This document shows positions 1 to 8,327 of a stretch of DNA of 59,149 nt, one piece after another. Origin of the DNA: a virus (lineage: Duplodnaviria; Caudoviricetes); IMG/VR virus record IMGVR_UViG_3300018465_000001, positions 1-59,149 of that record; one strand, 5' to 3'. A program made the position numbers and the translations under genes. The notes beneath the pieces were generated by a model. That model did no database searches, was not told the origin of the DNA, and was given only the letters and a program-made list of their open reading frames with translations. Positions within the stretch are counted from its first letter, which is position 1. Each line of letters opens with the position of its first letter.

Positions 1-123
1 TCGGTGCCGGTGCGTGGTGGGCCTCGTCCACGATCAGCGTGCCGAACGGGGAGGACTTGGCACTCAGCGCCAGCTCAGCCAGCCGCTTGTCCCGGCTCAC
101 GGTCTGGACCGAGGCCACGACCA
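1..123. repeat. Terminal direct overlap (identical to 59027-59149); circular or circularly permuted assembly
   Basis: Exact 123-bp identity with the window end; the helicase ORF reads through the junction. Confidence 0.95.
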
Positions 124-400
124 TGTCCGCGTCCAGTTCGTTCCGGTCGGCCTTGACGATGCCGGTCGTCAGCTCGGGAGCCACCATCCGGATCTTCTCG
201 ACGGTCTGAGCGGCCAGCTCCTCCCGGTGGACTAGGACCAGGCCCCGGCCCTTCTCCGCACGCTCTTTCAGAGCATGGGAGAAGATCACGGTCTTGCCGG
301 TGCCGGTGGGGTAGACCAGCAGGGGGCGCCGTAGGCCCTCCCGTTCGGCCTCCTCGATGGCGTCCAGAGCGCGGCGCTGATAGGGGCGAACGGACAGCAT
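1..400 (-). CDS. SF2 (DEAD/DEAH-box) helicase, N-terminal part (continues at 59026->57723)
   Basis: ATG at 400: MLSVRPYQ (Q motif), PTGTGKT (Walker A), LVHREEL; joins VASVQT...VDEAHH across the origin. Confidence 0.9.
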   Translation of the reverse strand, partial: MLSVRPYQRRALDAIEEAEREGLRRPLLVYPTGTGKTVIFSHALKERAEKGRGLVLVHREELAAQTVEKIRMVAPELTTGIVKADRNELDADMVVASVQTVSRDKRLAELALSAKSSPFGTLIVDEAHHAPAP

Positions 401-774
401 CAGTGCCCCCTCATGATCTCGGTTTCGTACTTTCGGTAGGCCCGGCCCGCGTACCTGCCGGACGAGATGGTGGCCTGGCCGGTGTACTGCACCGTCAGCG
501 TGTCACCCACCGTCGGCGCCAGCCGTTCCAGGTCCCGGCCCAGGCTCCCGTATCCGACCAGGCGGACCCGGTCGGTGCCGCTCAGCCAGAGGTCCACCAC
601 CGGAAGCGTGTCGACCGCCAGCACGGCGAACCGGTTCGGGATGGTCCCGACCCAGAGCACCACCCCCTTGACGGTGGCGGGCTCGCTCGGGAACCAGACT
701 TTTGGCTCCCCCTCGGTGAGTGCCCGGACGATGCAGACCGGGCACCCGTCCTTGATGTGATTCGTTGACGTCAT
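400..774 (-). CDS. Putative OB-fold ssDNA-binding-like protein with N-terminal CxxC; paralog of 1146-1601
   Basis: WFPSEP..VKGVV..VG, GYG.L.R.L...P.VGD.L.V.Y.G and GRY.G..Y are shared with 1146-1601. Confidence 0.6.
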   Translation of the reverse strand: MTSTNHIKDGCPVCIVRALTEGEPKVWFPSEPATVKGVVLWVGTIPNRFAVLAVDTLPVVDLWLSGTDRVRLVGYGSLGRDLERLAPTVGDTLTVQYTGQATISSGRYAGRAYRKYETEIMRGH

Positions 775-784
775 GACTGCGAGG

Positions 785-1069
785 TTACTCGGTCGCCTGG
801 GAGGTGTCAACCGGGGAGGGGAAGACCTCGGCCCAGGACGTAGCCGCCTTGACCCAGAGCACGATCCGGCCGTCCCGCTCCAGCCATCGGTTAATGGCGG
901 TCCACCCGGCCGCCGTCGGGGCGCCGGAACCGCTGACGTACCAGAGCCCACCGGCCTTCAACAGCGCGTAGGTCCACACCTTGTCCGAGGTCTGAGCCTC
1001 GTACCGGATTCCCATGAGCAGGACGGTCCCGTCCGGCACCATGGCGTTGTCGATCTTGAACGTGGTCAT
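785..1069 (-). CDS. Hypothetical protein; paralog of 3767-4186
   Basis: GGAGG RBS before MTTFKID; DGTVL...KAGGLWYVSG motif. Confidence 0.7.
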   Translation of the reverse strand: MTTFKIDNAMVPDGTVLLMGIRYEAQTSDKVWTYALLKAGGLWYVSGSGAPTAAGWTAINRWLERDGRIVLWVKAATSWAEVFPSPVDTSQATE

Positions 1070-1145
1070 GATTACCTCCAGAAAAGGGATGAGGGCCACC
1101 CGGCGGCAACCGGGCGGCCCTCGGGACTATCAGGGGCGGGGAAGG

Positions 1146-1601
1146 TCAGCGGTGCTTCACAGCCACCGAGAAGTGCTTGTACATCTTGCCCTGGAAGCGG
1201 CCCTTCTTGATGGGCTTCTCGCCCCAGTACTTGACCGCCAGGAGGTCACCGACCTTCGGGGCCGCGTCCTGGAGTTCACGCCGCAGAACGGCGCCGTACC
1301 CGATGATGCGGTACTTGTCCCCATCCTTGGTCTGGACGGTGACCGTCGGGCACATCGCGTCCTCCTCGGAGGTGGCGAAGTCCGACCGGGTCTCCCCGAC
1401 CTTGACGACCACGCCGGACACGGCCTCTCCACGCTCCGTCGGGACCCAGCCCTCCGCGTCGTCCTCGTCCACCGAGTTCAGGAGGTCGTCAGCCTCGTCG
1501 AAGTCGGTGTCCGCCGTGCTGGCACCGTCCGCCCCGAACAGGTCGGCCGCCTCGTCGAAATCGGCGTCCGTGGGGGTGGCGGTACCGGTGGCCTTGGCCA
1601 T
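1146..1601 (-). CDS. Putative single-stranded DNA-binding protein (acidic N-terminal tail + beta-rich OB-like domain)
   Basis: AAGGAG RBS before MAKATG; very acidic N-terminus; lies in the recombination module with the exonuclease. Confidence 0.65.
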   Translation of the reverse strand: MAKATGTATPTDADFDEAADLFGADGASTADTDFDEADDLLNSVDEDDAEGWVPTERGEAVSGVVVKVGETRSDFATSEEDAMCPTVTVQTKDGDKYRIIGYGAVLRRELQDAAPKVGDLLAVKYWGEKPIKKGRFQGKMYKHFSVAVKHR

Positions 1602-1786
1602 GTCGTGCTCCTTGAGTTGAGTGGTAGTTGAGTTGCGCTTTCTGGTGTGACCCGGCCGAGTCGGGTCATATCCCGAAGTCGTGTCGCCCGGCCGGGTCGT
1701 TGCCCCGATATCTGCCTCGGAACAAGGCGCGGATCCGCTTCCTTTTTGAAAGTCCTGAAGGTGCCCGCAAACCGACAGTGGACTCG

Positions 1787-1852
1787 TGCCCCGGCCAGGA
1801 GTCGCACCTGGCCCGACCGAAACCGGTCGTTGATACCTCCGTATACCGGGAC
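1787..1852 (-). ncRNA. tRNA-like 66-nt cloverleaf with non-canonical anticodon arm
   Basis: 7-bp acceptor GUCCCGG/CCGGGGC+A; T-arm CCAGG-UGCGACU-CCUGG; short D-like hairpin; CGACCG-GUUU-CGGUCG hairpin. Confidence 0.5.
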
Positions 1853-1988
1853 TAGCGCCGGTGGGACTGTTGGGCGTTGGACGCATTGCCAGAAACGTTC
1901 CGCACCCACCGGCACCAGTCTTTCCTGGTCGTCAGCATGGCCCGCGTCTCCCAGCCCGGTCCTGCTCCCCTACTGTCTTACGGGTCTC

Positions 1989-2017
1989 ACCTTACAGTGT
2001 TGCCGGGAATGTCGCAA
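1989..2017 (-). promoter_or_regulatory. SigA/HrdB-like promoter
   Basis: TTGCGA-N17-TAAGGT; palindrome copy at 2021-2036 immediately upstream. Confidence 0.6.
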
Positions 2018-2127
2018 TCTTGACGCTTACATGTCAGGGTCCGGGCCGCGCGACGTTGTTCCAGGAATACCGGCGATCAGTTGGCGCTGAAAGCCGCGTA
2101 ATCTACGCCGCGCGGTCCCGGCCCTGG

Positions 2128-3303
2128 TCATGAGGAAAGCTTGTATTTCTTCGGCACCCGGATGGTCATCCGCCGGTACCGGCTCCTGACCGTGACGGCC
2201 TCGGCCACCTCGGGGTAATCCCTCTTCAGCGCCTCCACGTCGATACGTGTGGACGGGACCTCGGGGTATCCGACGATCTTCTCATCACCCAGGTACGCCG
2301 CGCCCGCGTCTCCGGTCCAGGCCCGGAACTCATTCTTGATAGCGGTGAAGTCCCGGTCCGCTTCCTCGAACCGCTTCTTGGCCACCTGGTAGTCCTTCAG
2401 CCACTCCTCGGCCAGGTCGGGAAGATCGGTGGACGGGGAGAGCACCGTAGGGTGCTGCTCCTTGAGCAGGCCTTCGGTGATCGGGTGCCGGTAGTCGTGG
2501 AGGGGGATTTCGTCCCCCAGTATGTTCTCGGCCCAGAACCGGTCGGCCGCTTCCATCATCTCGGCGAACCAGGCCTCGTCGAAGTGGACCTCCACCGTGA
2601 AGAACTGGCGGGACCGGTCGATGTGGAAGCATCCCAGGTAGCCCACGGGGAGCCCGAGGATGCCCATCTGCCACTGGATCTGGGCCTGGTACGACATCGG
2701 CGCCGAACCGGTCCCCCGGCCGCCCGGCCGGATCGTGCCGGACTCCCAGTGTTCATCGTCACCGGCGGTCTTGCACTCGATAACGGCCTCGGCCTTCCAG
2801 GACCGGGGCTTGCACGCGAACCGGTCGGGGGTCACCCGGATGTGCTCCTTGCCGTTCATGGCCCAGAGCCCGCCCCCGAATCTCGAGACCATGCCGATCT
2901 CTTCGGCGGTCTTCTGAGCCACCACGTCCTCCAGCCGGTGGCCCCACTCGATCGGAGCGCCGGTCAGCTCCACGTCCGGCTCGGTCCGTTTCTTCTTGTT
3001 CCAGATCGACATCGCCGTCTCGTGCTCGTTCACCCCGATCAGGGCGCCGACCTCGGAACCGCCCAGACCCTCCTTGCGCGCGGCCAGCCACGGACCACGT
3101 CCGGCGCACTCGGGGAGGATGAGACGACTGGGCGATTTCCTCGGGCTGGCGAACCGGTGGGCCGGGTGTGGGCACCCGAGCTTGCCGCCGGAGCGGGCCA
3201 GGTACCTCTCGACCTGACCCGCCTCACGCGCCGCCCGTTCCCGCTTTTCCCGTTCGGCCTGCTCGACCTCGGCCGGGAAGTAGGTCATGGCGTCGTCAGT
3301 CAT
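2128..3303 (-). CDS. YqaJ / lambda-exonuclease family recombination nuclease
   Basis: WL..RKEGLGGSE, WGHRLE, TPD..., IECKT, YQAQIQWQM motifs. Confidence 0.9.
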   Translation of the reverse strand: MTDDAMTYFPAEVEQAEREKRERAAREAGQVERYLARSGGKLGCPHPAHRFASPRKSPSRLILPECAGRGPWLAARKEGLGGSEVGALIGVNEHETAMSIWNKKKRTEPDVELTGAPIEWGHRLEDVVAQKTAEEIGMVSRFGGGLWAMNGKEHIRVTPDRFACKPRSWKAEAVIECKTAGDDEHWESGTIRPGGRGTGSAPMSYQAQIQWQMGILGLPVGYLGCFHIDRSRQFFTVEVHFDEAWFAEMMEAADRFWAENILGDEIPLHDYRHPITEGLLKEQHPTVLSPSTDLPDLAEEWLKDYQVAKKRFEEADRDFTAIKNEFRAWTGDAGAAYLGDEKIVGYPEVPSTRIDVEALKRDYPEVAEAVTVRSRYRRMTIRVPKKYKLSS

Positions 3304-3574
3304 TTTCGATTACCCCGATTCCGGCTGTCCACAAAGCGGATTTAATTGCGATATGAATATCTCCAGAGTCCTGGAAAGTCTTCAGGAGAATATTCACGAA
3401 CTCGGGCGTGACCTCGATCAACGTGGATTCTGCGATGACTTCTTCCATCGCTTTCAGCGGCGAATTACCCGCATTCTTTGAATCCCACCACAACTGTTTG
3501 AGGTCTTTTCTACGCTGGGCTATCGGACCGAGCCTCTTTCGGGGCTCGGTCCGTCGCTCTGACCTCTCGGTCAC
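3296..3574 (-). CDS. Hypothetical protein (locally low GC)
   Basis: GGAGGAG RBS; 92-aa ORF overlapping the exonuclease start. Confidence 0.65.
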   Translation of the reverse strand: MTERSERRTEPRKRLGPIAQRRKDLKQLWWDSKNAGNSPLKAMEEVIAESTLIEVTPEFVNILLKTFQDSGDIHIAIKSALWTAGIGVIEND

Positions 3575-3584
3575 TGCTCCTCCG

Positions 3585-3767
3585 TCACGCGTTCGCCTCC
3601 ACCGTGATGGTGATCGCCTTGGGCCACTCCCCGTTGACCTTGGGCATCTTGTCCTTGCGGACGTAGACCTGGCCGACGGCCACCGATCGGATGTCCTTGA
3701 CCTTGTAGACCAGGGCGCCCGGAGTCTCCCGCTCCAAGGGGAGTGTCACCTTCACCTTGTCCTCCAT
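3585..3767 (-). CDS. Hypothetical protein (60 aa)
   Basis: MEDKVKVTL...; coupled to the upstream stop; typical codon usage. Confidence 0.65.
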   Translation of the reverse strand: MEDKVKVTLPLERETPGALVYKVKDIRSVAVGQVYVRKDKMPKVNGEWPKAITITVEANA

Positions 3768-4186
3768 CACAGCTCCCTCGGGTCGTTGCTGTACTCCGAG
3801 TCGTCCTTGATCCGGCGCCGGTTCTCCTGGAGCCCGTCCAGGAATCCGTTCAAGGCCGCGCCCAGGTCGAACACCGGGATGGACTCCACCGCGAACTCGG
3901 CCAGCACCTGGGCCGCCCGGAGGTGACGGCCGCCGGACATCAGCCACTCGGCCAGCGCGTCCGAGGTGGCGCCGTCCGGGCCGCGCTTGCCGGTGACGAA
4001 CCAGAACCCGTCCGCCTTGTACGCGATCACCGGGTAGCCCCGGCTCGGGCCGAAGGTGACGACCAGTCCCAGGACGGTCCCGTCGGCCAGCATGCCGAAG
4101 TCCGGCATGGCCTCCAGGGTCTCCAGGTATCGGGCCTTGCGCTCGATCTCCCGGCGCAACTCTTCCTTGCGCTTCTCCAGGCTCAC
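3767..4186 (-). CDS. Hypothetical protein; paralog of 785-1069
   Basis: DGTVL...KADGFWFVTG motif. Confidence 0.7.
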   Translation of the reverse strand: MSLEKRKEELRREIERKARYLETLEAMPDFGMLADGTVLGLVVTFGPSRGYPVIAYKADGFWFVTGKRGPDGATSDALAEWLMSGGRHLRAAQVLAEFAVESIPVFDLGAALNGFLDGLQENRRRIKDDSEYSNDPREL

Positions 4187-4189
4187 GGC

Positions 4190-4696
4190 CTAGACCTCCA
4201 TCTTGATCTTGGTCAGCGAGTCACGCTGAACCTTGGGGAGCACGAACACCGGGGAGCCGGTCCAGTCGTTGACCGCGACCCACAGCCACCATGCGTCACA
4301 CTCGTTGTCGTTCGTGAACTCGATCCCGCCGCGCTTGTACGCGGCCAGGGCCATATCCGTCTTGCTCGCTCCGCCGGACCCGGTGGCGTACTTCTTGAGG
4401 CTGGCCGGGGGGAACGTGGCGTATGGGAGACCGGCCTGGATCAAGCCCTCCCGGACCGCACCGTGGACCATCCCGGTGATTCCGGCGGTCATCGACTTGT
4501 TGAGGTAGCCCTCGATCAGGACCATCTCGGCCCCGGTGACGACCTCCAGGATCTGGGCGCGGATGCTGGTCAGCCGGTAATCACCGTTTCCAACGGGCTT
4601 GATCAACCGGGTCTCGACCTCCCCGGCGGCTCCGGTCCATGCGGCACCAGGCGCCGTGATGGAGAGGTCCAGGCCCCCTAGCTTCTTGACACTCAC
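4190..4696 (-). CDS. ruvC: RuvC-like Holliday junction resolvase
   Basis: GLDLS...G, VLIEG, P.SLKKYATG.G.A.K, DNECDA catalytic motifs. Confidence 0.85.
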   Translation of the reverse strand: MSVKKLGGLDLSITAPGAAWTGAAGEVETRLIKPVGNGDYRLTSIRAQILEVVTGAEMVLIEGYLNKSMTAGITGMVHGAVREGLIQAGLPYATFPPASLKKYATGSGGASKTDMALAAYKRGGIEFTNDNECDAWWLWVAVNDWTGSPVFVLPKVQRDSLTKIKMEV

Positions 4697-5001
4697 GCGT
4701 CAGGACCCTTGAACTCCGGCTCGAACCCTCTCGGGAGCCGGTCGTCATCCGGCGTCAGCGCGGCCATGGCGAACTTGAGATGTTTCGCCAGTTCCCGGAA
4801 CGTGGGGACCAGGGTCAGGCCCAGCAGCACTCCCGAGACCTTGGACGCGGGCATCTCGACGTGCCGCTCCTCCTCGCCGTGGATCACGGTGAAGCAGGCC
4901 CGGCCCGCTCCCTCCGGGATCTCGTATCTGGCCTGGAGAAGGCTCTGAACGTGGTTCCACTGGTCCGGCGTCAGATCGTTGATCTCTACCTTGAGCCGCA
5001 T
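4693..5001 (-). CDS. Hypothetical protein
   Basis: GGAAGGAGG RBS; promoter TTGCAA-N18-TAAGGT at 5029-5058. Confidence 0.7.
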   Translation of the reverse strand: MRLKVEINDLTPDQWNHVQSLLQARYEIPEGAGRACFTVIHGEEERHVEMPASKVSGVLLGLTLVPTFRELAKHLKFAMAALTPDDDRLPRGFEPEFKGPDA

Positions 5002-5089
5002 CGACGGCCCTCCTTCCTTCTGGCTGAAACCTTACCGTATAGACTGCAAGGTTTGCAACCCCGGGGAGGAGGACCGCCGTTTCCGCTGG

Positions 5090-5809
5090 TCAGTCTCGGT
5101 TACGCGGAATGCTCTGGTGGCCGTACGGCCGGGTCCGGATCCAGACTCCGCCACCGGCGGGCTCCAGGGTCAGCCGGTCACCGATCCGGCCGGAACTCTC
5201 CTCGCCGTTCAGCCAGCGCCGAAGCTGGGCCGTCTCGGCCGCGTTCAGGATGACGATGTGCTCCCGGTCCGCGATCACGCGCGCCAGAGTGGCCCGGTAG
5301 ACGGCCTCGGCCACCTCCCGGCCGGTCCGGGCGTTCTCACCCCGGACGCCAGACGGGACCGTCGCCACCAGCCAACGGTTGCTCCCCATCCGGATCTCCA
5401 GGTCCCCGTCCGGGCTTTCAGCGAAGTGAAGCGCCAGGCCGTGGTGAACGTCGTGAAGCTGGATCCGGCGCTCGTCCTCCGGCCACGGGTAAGCCAGCAG
5501 AGCCGCCAGCTCCCCCGCCACGCGTGCGCGCGGCTGGAGTTCGTCCCGACCCTCCAGCTCGGTCAGATAGCGGCTCAGCGCGTCCACCAGTGTGGTCGGC
5601 TGACCCTCGGTGAGGTCCAGGACGGCCTCGTCGTCCATGGCCGCCTGAGCGTCCAGGAACTCGGCCACGACCTGGCGCCCCTCACCGGTCCGGGCCATAC
5701 CGATCCGGATCTCGCGCTCGCGCTCCACGGCCCGGCCGACGGCATCCAGGTCGTCGATCCCGGTCAGGATCCGCTGAACCCGTTTCAACTCGGTCATCGG
5801 ATATGTCAT
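5090..5809 (-). CDS. Hypothetical protein
   Basis: GGAGG RBS before MTYPMTEL; GC3-rich codons. Confidence 0.7.
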   Translation of the reverse strand: MTYPMTELKRVQRILTGIDDLDAVGRAVEREREIRIGMARTGEGRQVVAEFLDAQAAMDDEAVLDLTEGQPTTLVDALSRYLTELEGRDELQPRARVAGELAALLAYPWPEDERRIQLHDVHHGLALHFAESPDGDLEIRMGSNRWLVATVPSGVRGENARTGREVAEAVYRATLARVIADREHIVILNAAETAQLRRWLNGEESSGRIGDRLTLEPAGGGVWIRTRPYGHQSIPRNRD

Positions 5810-5916
5810 GTCAGTCCTCCCCATCGGCGGGCCTCTCCCACCGTCTCTTACATTACAGCACTGCCTACAAAGTAACAACCCCCGGCTAATCAGCCGGGGG
5901 TCGCGATCGGGGAGGG

Positions 5917-6711
5917 TCAGTCCTTCCCGGCGAACAGTTCTCCGCAGTCGTCACACCGGACCACCAGCTTGGCGGCCACCTTCTTGGATGCCCGGATGAT
6001 GTTGGGCTCCTCGCAGTCACACGTCAGCTTGACGTTGTTCGAGGTGCTGGCCGAACCAGTTTTGGGCGCCTTGCCCATGTTCTCCCCGCCGTTGTCGTCC
6101 TGGTCGTCGTCGGACGACCCGCCCAGCCACCCGGGGAGGCGGACCATCAGGTGGATCTCGGCGTCCAGAGCCTCCAAGAGGTCCCTGTACTCCTCCACGG
6201 TCTCGGCCGTGAGGGTCACCTGGGAGAACCCCAGGGCCTTGTCCGCCTTCAGCCCGTTCGCCTTGTACTCCAGGCCCAGTTCCTTGGCGATCTTGAGGAA
6301 CACCTGGTTGTGCCACCGGCCCTGGCGACTCGTGTCCTTCTCACCTCGGTGCTCGGCCAGCGCGTGGGCCGACTCGTGGAGCATGGTCTGGAGCACCTGT
6401 CGCGATCCCTTGGCCAGGGTCTCCCCCGCCATGAACATCTCGTGGATGTGGGTGGCCTTGTCCTCGGCGTTGGTGGTCCAGCCCTGGGGGCGGAAGTGGC
6501 CCCACTTGCCGCCGCCGAACCCGATCCCGGCGCCGGTCACGATCACGACCTCCGGCACTTCCGGGTGGTTCTGGCGGATCCGCTCGTGGACTCGCTCCAG
6601 CAGGCGGACCACGGCCGAGCCGGTGGTCTCGCGGACGGTGGCCTTCTCGGTGTAAGCCACCATCCCGGGCTCTCCGGCGTACGCCGCTGTCTCGGTGTCG
6701 GTGATCGTCAT
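5917..6711 (-). CDS. SprT-like zinc metallopeptidase with C-terminal Zn ribbon
   Basis: TMLHESAH (HExxH), WHN..F, C-terminal CDC...CDDC. Confidence 0.75.
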   Translation of the reverse strand: MTITDTETAAYAGEPGMVAYTEKATVRETTGSAVVRLLERVHERIRQNHPEVPEVVIVTGAGIGFGGGKWGHFRPQGWTTNAEDKATHIHEMFMAGETLAKGSRQVLQTMLHESAHALAEHRGEKDTSRQGRWHNQVFLKIAKELGLEYKANGLKADKALGFSQVTLTAETVEEYRDLLEALDAEIHLMVRLPGWLGGSSDDDQDDNGGENMGKAPKTGSASTSNNVKLTCDCEEPNIIRASKKVAAKLVVRCDDCGELFAGKD

Positions 6712-6742
6712 CTCGGGCTCCTCGATCTCGCTGATGGATATG

Positions 6743-6771
6743 ACTTTACAGCCATGACTTTCAAGTGTCAA
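6743..6771 (-). promoter_or_regulatory. Strong SigA/HrdB-like promoter overlapped by a palindrome copy
   Basis: TTGACA-N17-TAAAGT. Confidence 0.8.
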
Positions 6772-6776
6772 CACCT

Positions 6777-6802
6777 GGCCCGGACTTTCGTCCGGGCCTT
6801 TT
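6777..6802. terminator. Hairpin, probable intrinsic terminator
   Basis: GGCCCGGAC-TTTC-GTCCGGGCC-TTTT. Confidence 0.6.
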
Positions 6803-6807
6803 CTCGC

Positions 6808-7110
6808 TCAGTGGTTGGCGCACTTCCGGCAGGTGATCTCCTCGCCGGTGACCTTGGTGACCAGCGTTCCGCCGAGCTTGCGGGAGCGGTAGCTGGAGCC
6901 ACAGGCGGCGACACCGGCGACGATCTCGTGGACCTCCAGGCCCTTGCCAGCCCGACCGGTGATCTTGGCGGGGGTCTCGGCCGGAGCCTCGTCAACGATC
7001 TCGACCTTGTAGCCGGTGCGCTTCAGACCCTCGGCGAACCGGTTGGCCAGAACCTCGGTCCGGAATTCGCGGTTTCCGTTGTGCTGGCCGGTCCACTTCA
7101 CCGTGATCAT
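6808..7110 (-). CDS. Small protein with H..C..CxxC zinc module
   Basis: VHEI....ACG...ITCRKC; own promoter at 7150-7178. Confidence 0.75.
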   Translation of the reverse strand: MITVKWTGQHNGNREFRTEVLANRFAEGLKRTGYKVEIVDEAPAETPAKITGRAGKGLEVHEIVAGVAACGSSYRSRKLGGTLVTKVTGEEITCRKCANH

Positions 7111-7141
7111 CGTCGTGTTCCCCTCGTTCTCGCCGTCCTGA

Positions 7142-7250
7142 TGAGAACTACTTTACAGGCGTGACGCTTAAGTGTCAACCCAACAGTCAGTCCTGTGAAG
7201 TACTTCACAGTCGTTGACACTTAAGCGTCACGCCTGTAAAGTAGTTCTCA
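7142..7250. promoter_or_regulatory. Two identical divergent promoters forming a 38-bp perfect inverted repeat
   Basis: 7142-7179 is the reverse complement of 7213-7250; each carries TTGACA-N17-TAAAGT. Confidence 0.85.
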
Positions 7251-7275
7251 GAAGGAACGAGCGAGGGAGACGGAA

Positions 7276-7578
7276 ATGAACGGCACGATCGGGCGCGGTA
7301 CAACGGTTCACAGCATCACCGGTGACTACGCGGACTGCGGCAAGGGAATGGGCCGTAACTCGATCACCCGCACTTCCGCCCCGGTCGACTGCAAGGCCTG
7401 TCTGAAGATCAGCCCGGTTACCGTGACCGTCAAGATCACCTACCGGAAGAACACGCTGGCCCGGGGCTGGGTCACCAAGACCTCTGAGTACACCGGTACC
7501 GAGGAAATGGTGGCCAAGGTGCTCAGGAACATGGAGCGTTCCTCGGCCTTCCAACTGATCAACTCGGTTCAGGGCTGA
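7276..7578 (+). CDS. Small protein with H..C..CxxC zinc module
   Basis: VHSI...DCG...VDCKAC; GGGAG RBS; follows the promoter. Confidence 0.75.
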   Translation: MNGTIGRGTTVHSITGDYADCGKGMGRNSITRTSAPVDCKACLKISPVTVTVKITYRKNTLARGWVTKTSEYTGTEEMVAKVLRNMERSSAFQLINSVQG

Positions 7579-7613
7579 TAAACGGGGGTCCGGGGGATTC
7601 TCCGGGCATCCTC

Positions 7614-7650
7614 TTGACACTTAAGCGTCACGCCTGTAAAGTAGTTCTCA
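7614..7650 (+). promoter_or_regulatory. Third identical copy of the TTGACA-N17-TAAAGT promoter
   Basis: 37-bp direct repeat of 7214-7250. Confidence 0.85.
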
Positions 7651-7692
7651 TGAGCGGGGCGCACGGCCCCGGGGAGCGAGAGGACACAAGAG

Positions 7693-7869
7693 ATGAGCAA
7701 GCGTCAGACCGGCCGGGCTATCCGCAAGATCGTCAAGCTGGACAAGGCCTGGCGGGCCAGTGGTCGCGCCGAGGGCCGGACGGAGAACGACCTGGCCATG
7801 TTCCTGGGACACGCGTACCGGGCCGGGTTCGGCCCGGCGGCCGAGCGGGCGCGGCGCCGGAACGCCTGA
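7693..7869 (+). CDS. Small basic hypothetical protein (58 aa; not in the ORF track)
   Basis: MSKRQTGRAIRKIVKLDKAW...; GAGGA RBS, upstream promoter and downstream terminator. Confidence 0.7.
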   Translation: MSKRQTGRAIRKIVKLDKAWRASGRAEGRTENDLAMFLGHAYRAGFGPAAERARRRNA

Positions 7870-7874
7870 GACAT

Positions 7875-7917
7875 GAAGAGACCCCCGGGGGGTGTCCAAG
7901 TCCCCGGGGGTCTCTTC
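7875..7917. terminator. Bidirectional terminator-like hairpin
   Basis: GAAGAGACCCCCGGGG...CCCCGGGGGTCTCTTC between convergent genes. Confidence 0.7.
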
Positions 7918-7937
7918 CCCTACAGCCAGGAGAAAGG

Positions 7938-8198
7938 TCAGGCGCTGGCGGCCAGAAGATCGGTCCGGGCGCCCTGGCCCGGCCGGTTCTCCCGCCAGTG
8001 GTCCAGCTCGGCCTTGGTGAACACGGGCATGTTGTACTGGTCCCGGACCTCGTAGTGGTCCGCCTTGGGGCCGATGCCACGTGCGGCGTAGCTGGAGAGC
8101 GTGTTCCGCTTGAGGCCCAGGTACTCGGCGGCCGGGCCGTAGCCGACGAACTCGTCCGGCTCCTGGGTCGCGTTGTCCAGGGTCGTCACGGTCTTCAC
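7938..8198 (-). CDS. MerR/excisionase-like winged HTH DNA-binding protein
   Basis: AAEYLGLKRNTLSSY..RG..P, F...ELD.W, RPGQGARTDL tail. Confidence 0.75.
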   Translation of the reverse strand: MKTVTTLDNATQEPDEFVGYGPAAEYLGLKRNTLSSYAARGIGPKADHYEVRDQYNMPVFTKAELDHWRENRPGQGARTDLLAASA

Positions 8199-8327
8199 TC
8201 CTTCACAGGTCTAGTCGTCATCTCACCCGACTATACAGTCACGCCGTTTGTCGGCACAACCCAGAGATCAGCCAGGAAGATTCTCAACGCCATGACTGTA
8301 ACGTTTCAATCGCGGGTTGACCAGCGA

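Noticed and set aside
1-123. Biological terminal repeat
   Set aside because: It falls in the middle of the helicase gene; more likely an assembler circular overlap than a true genome end
1787-1852. Functional decoding tRNA
   Set aside because: No 7-nt anticodon loop, T-loop UGCGA rather than UUCGA, no encoded CCA; kept only as tRNA-like
7938-8198. Excisionase implying an integration module
   Set aside because: No tyrosine or serine recombinase recognised anywhere in the apparently complete genome
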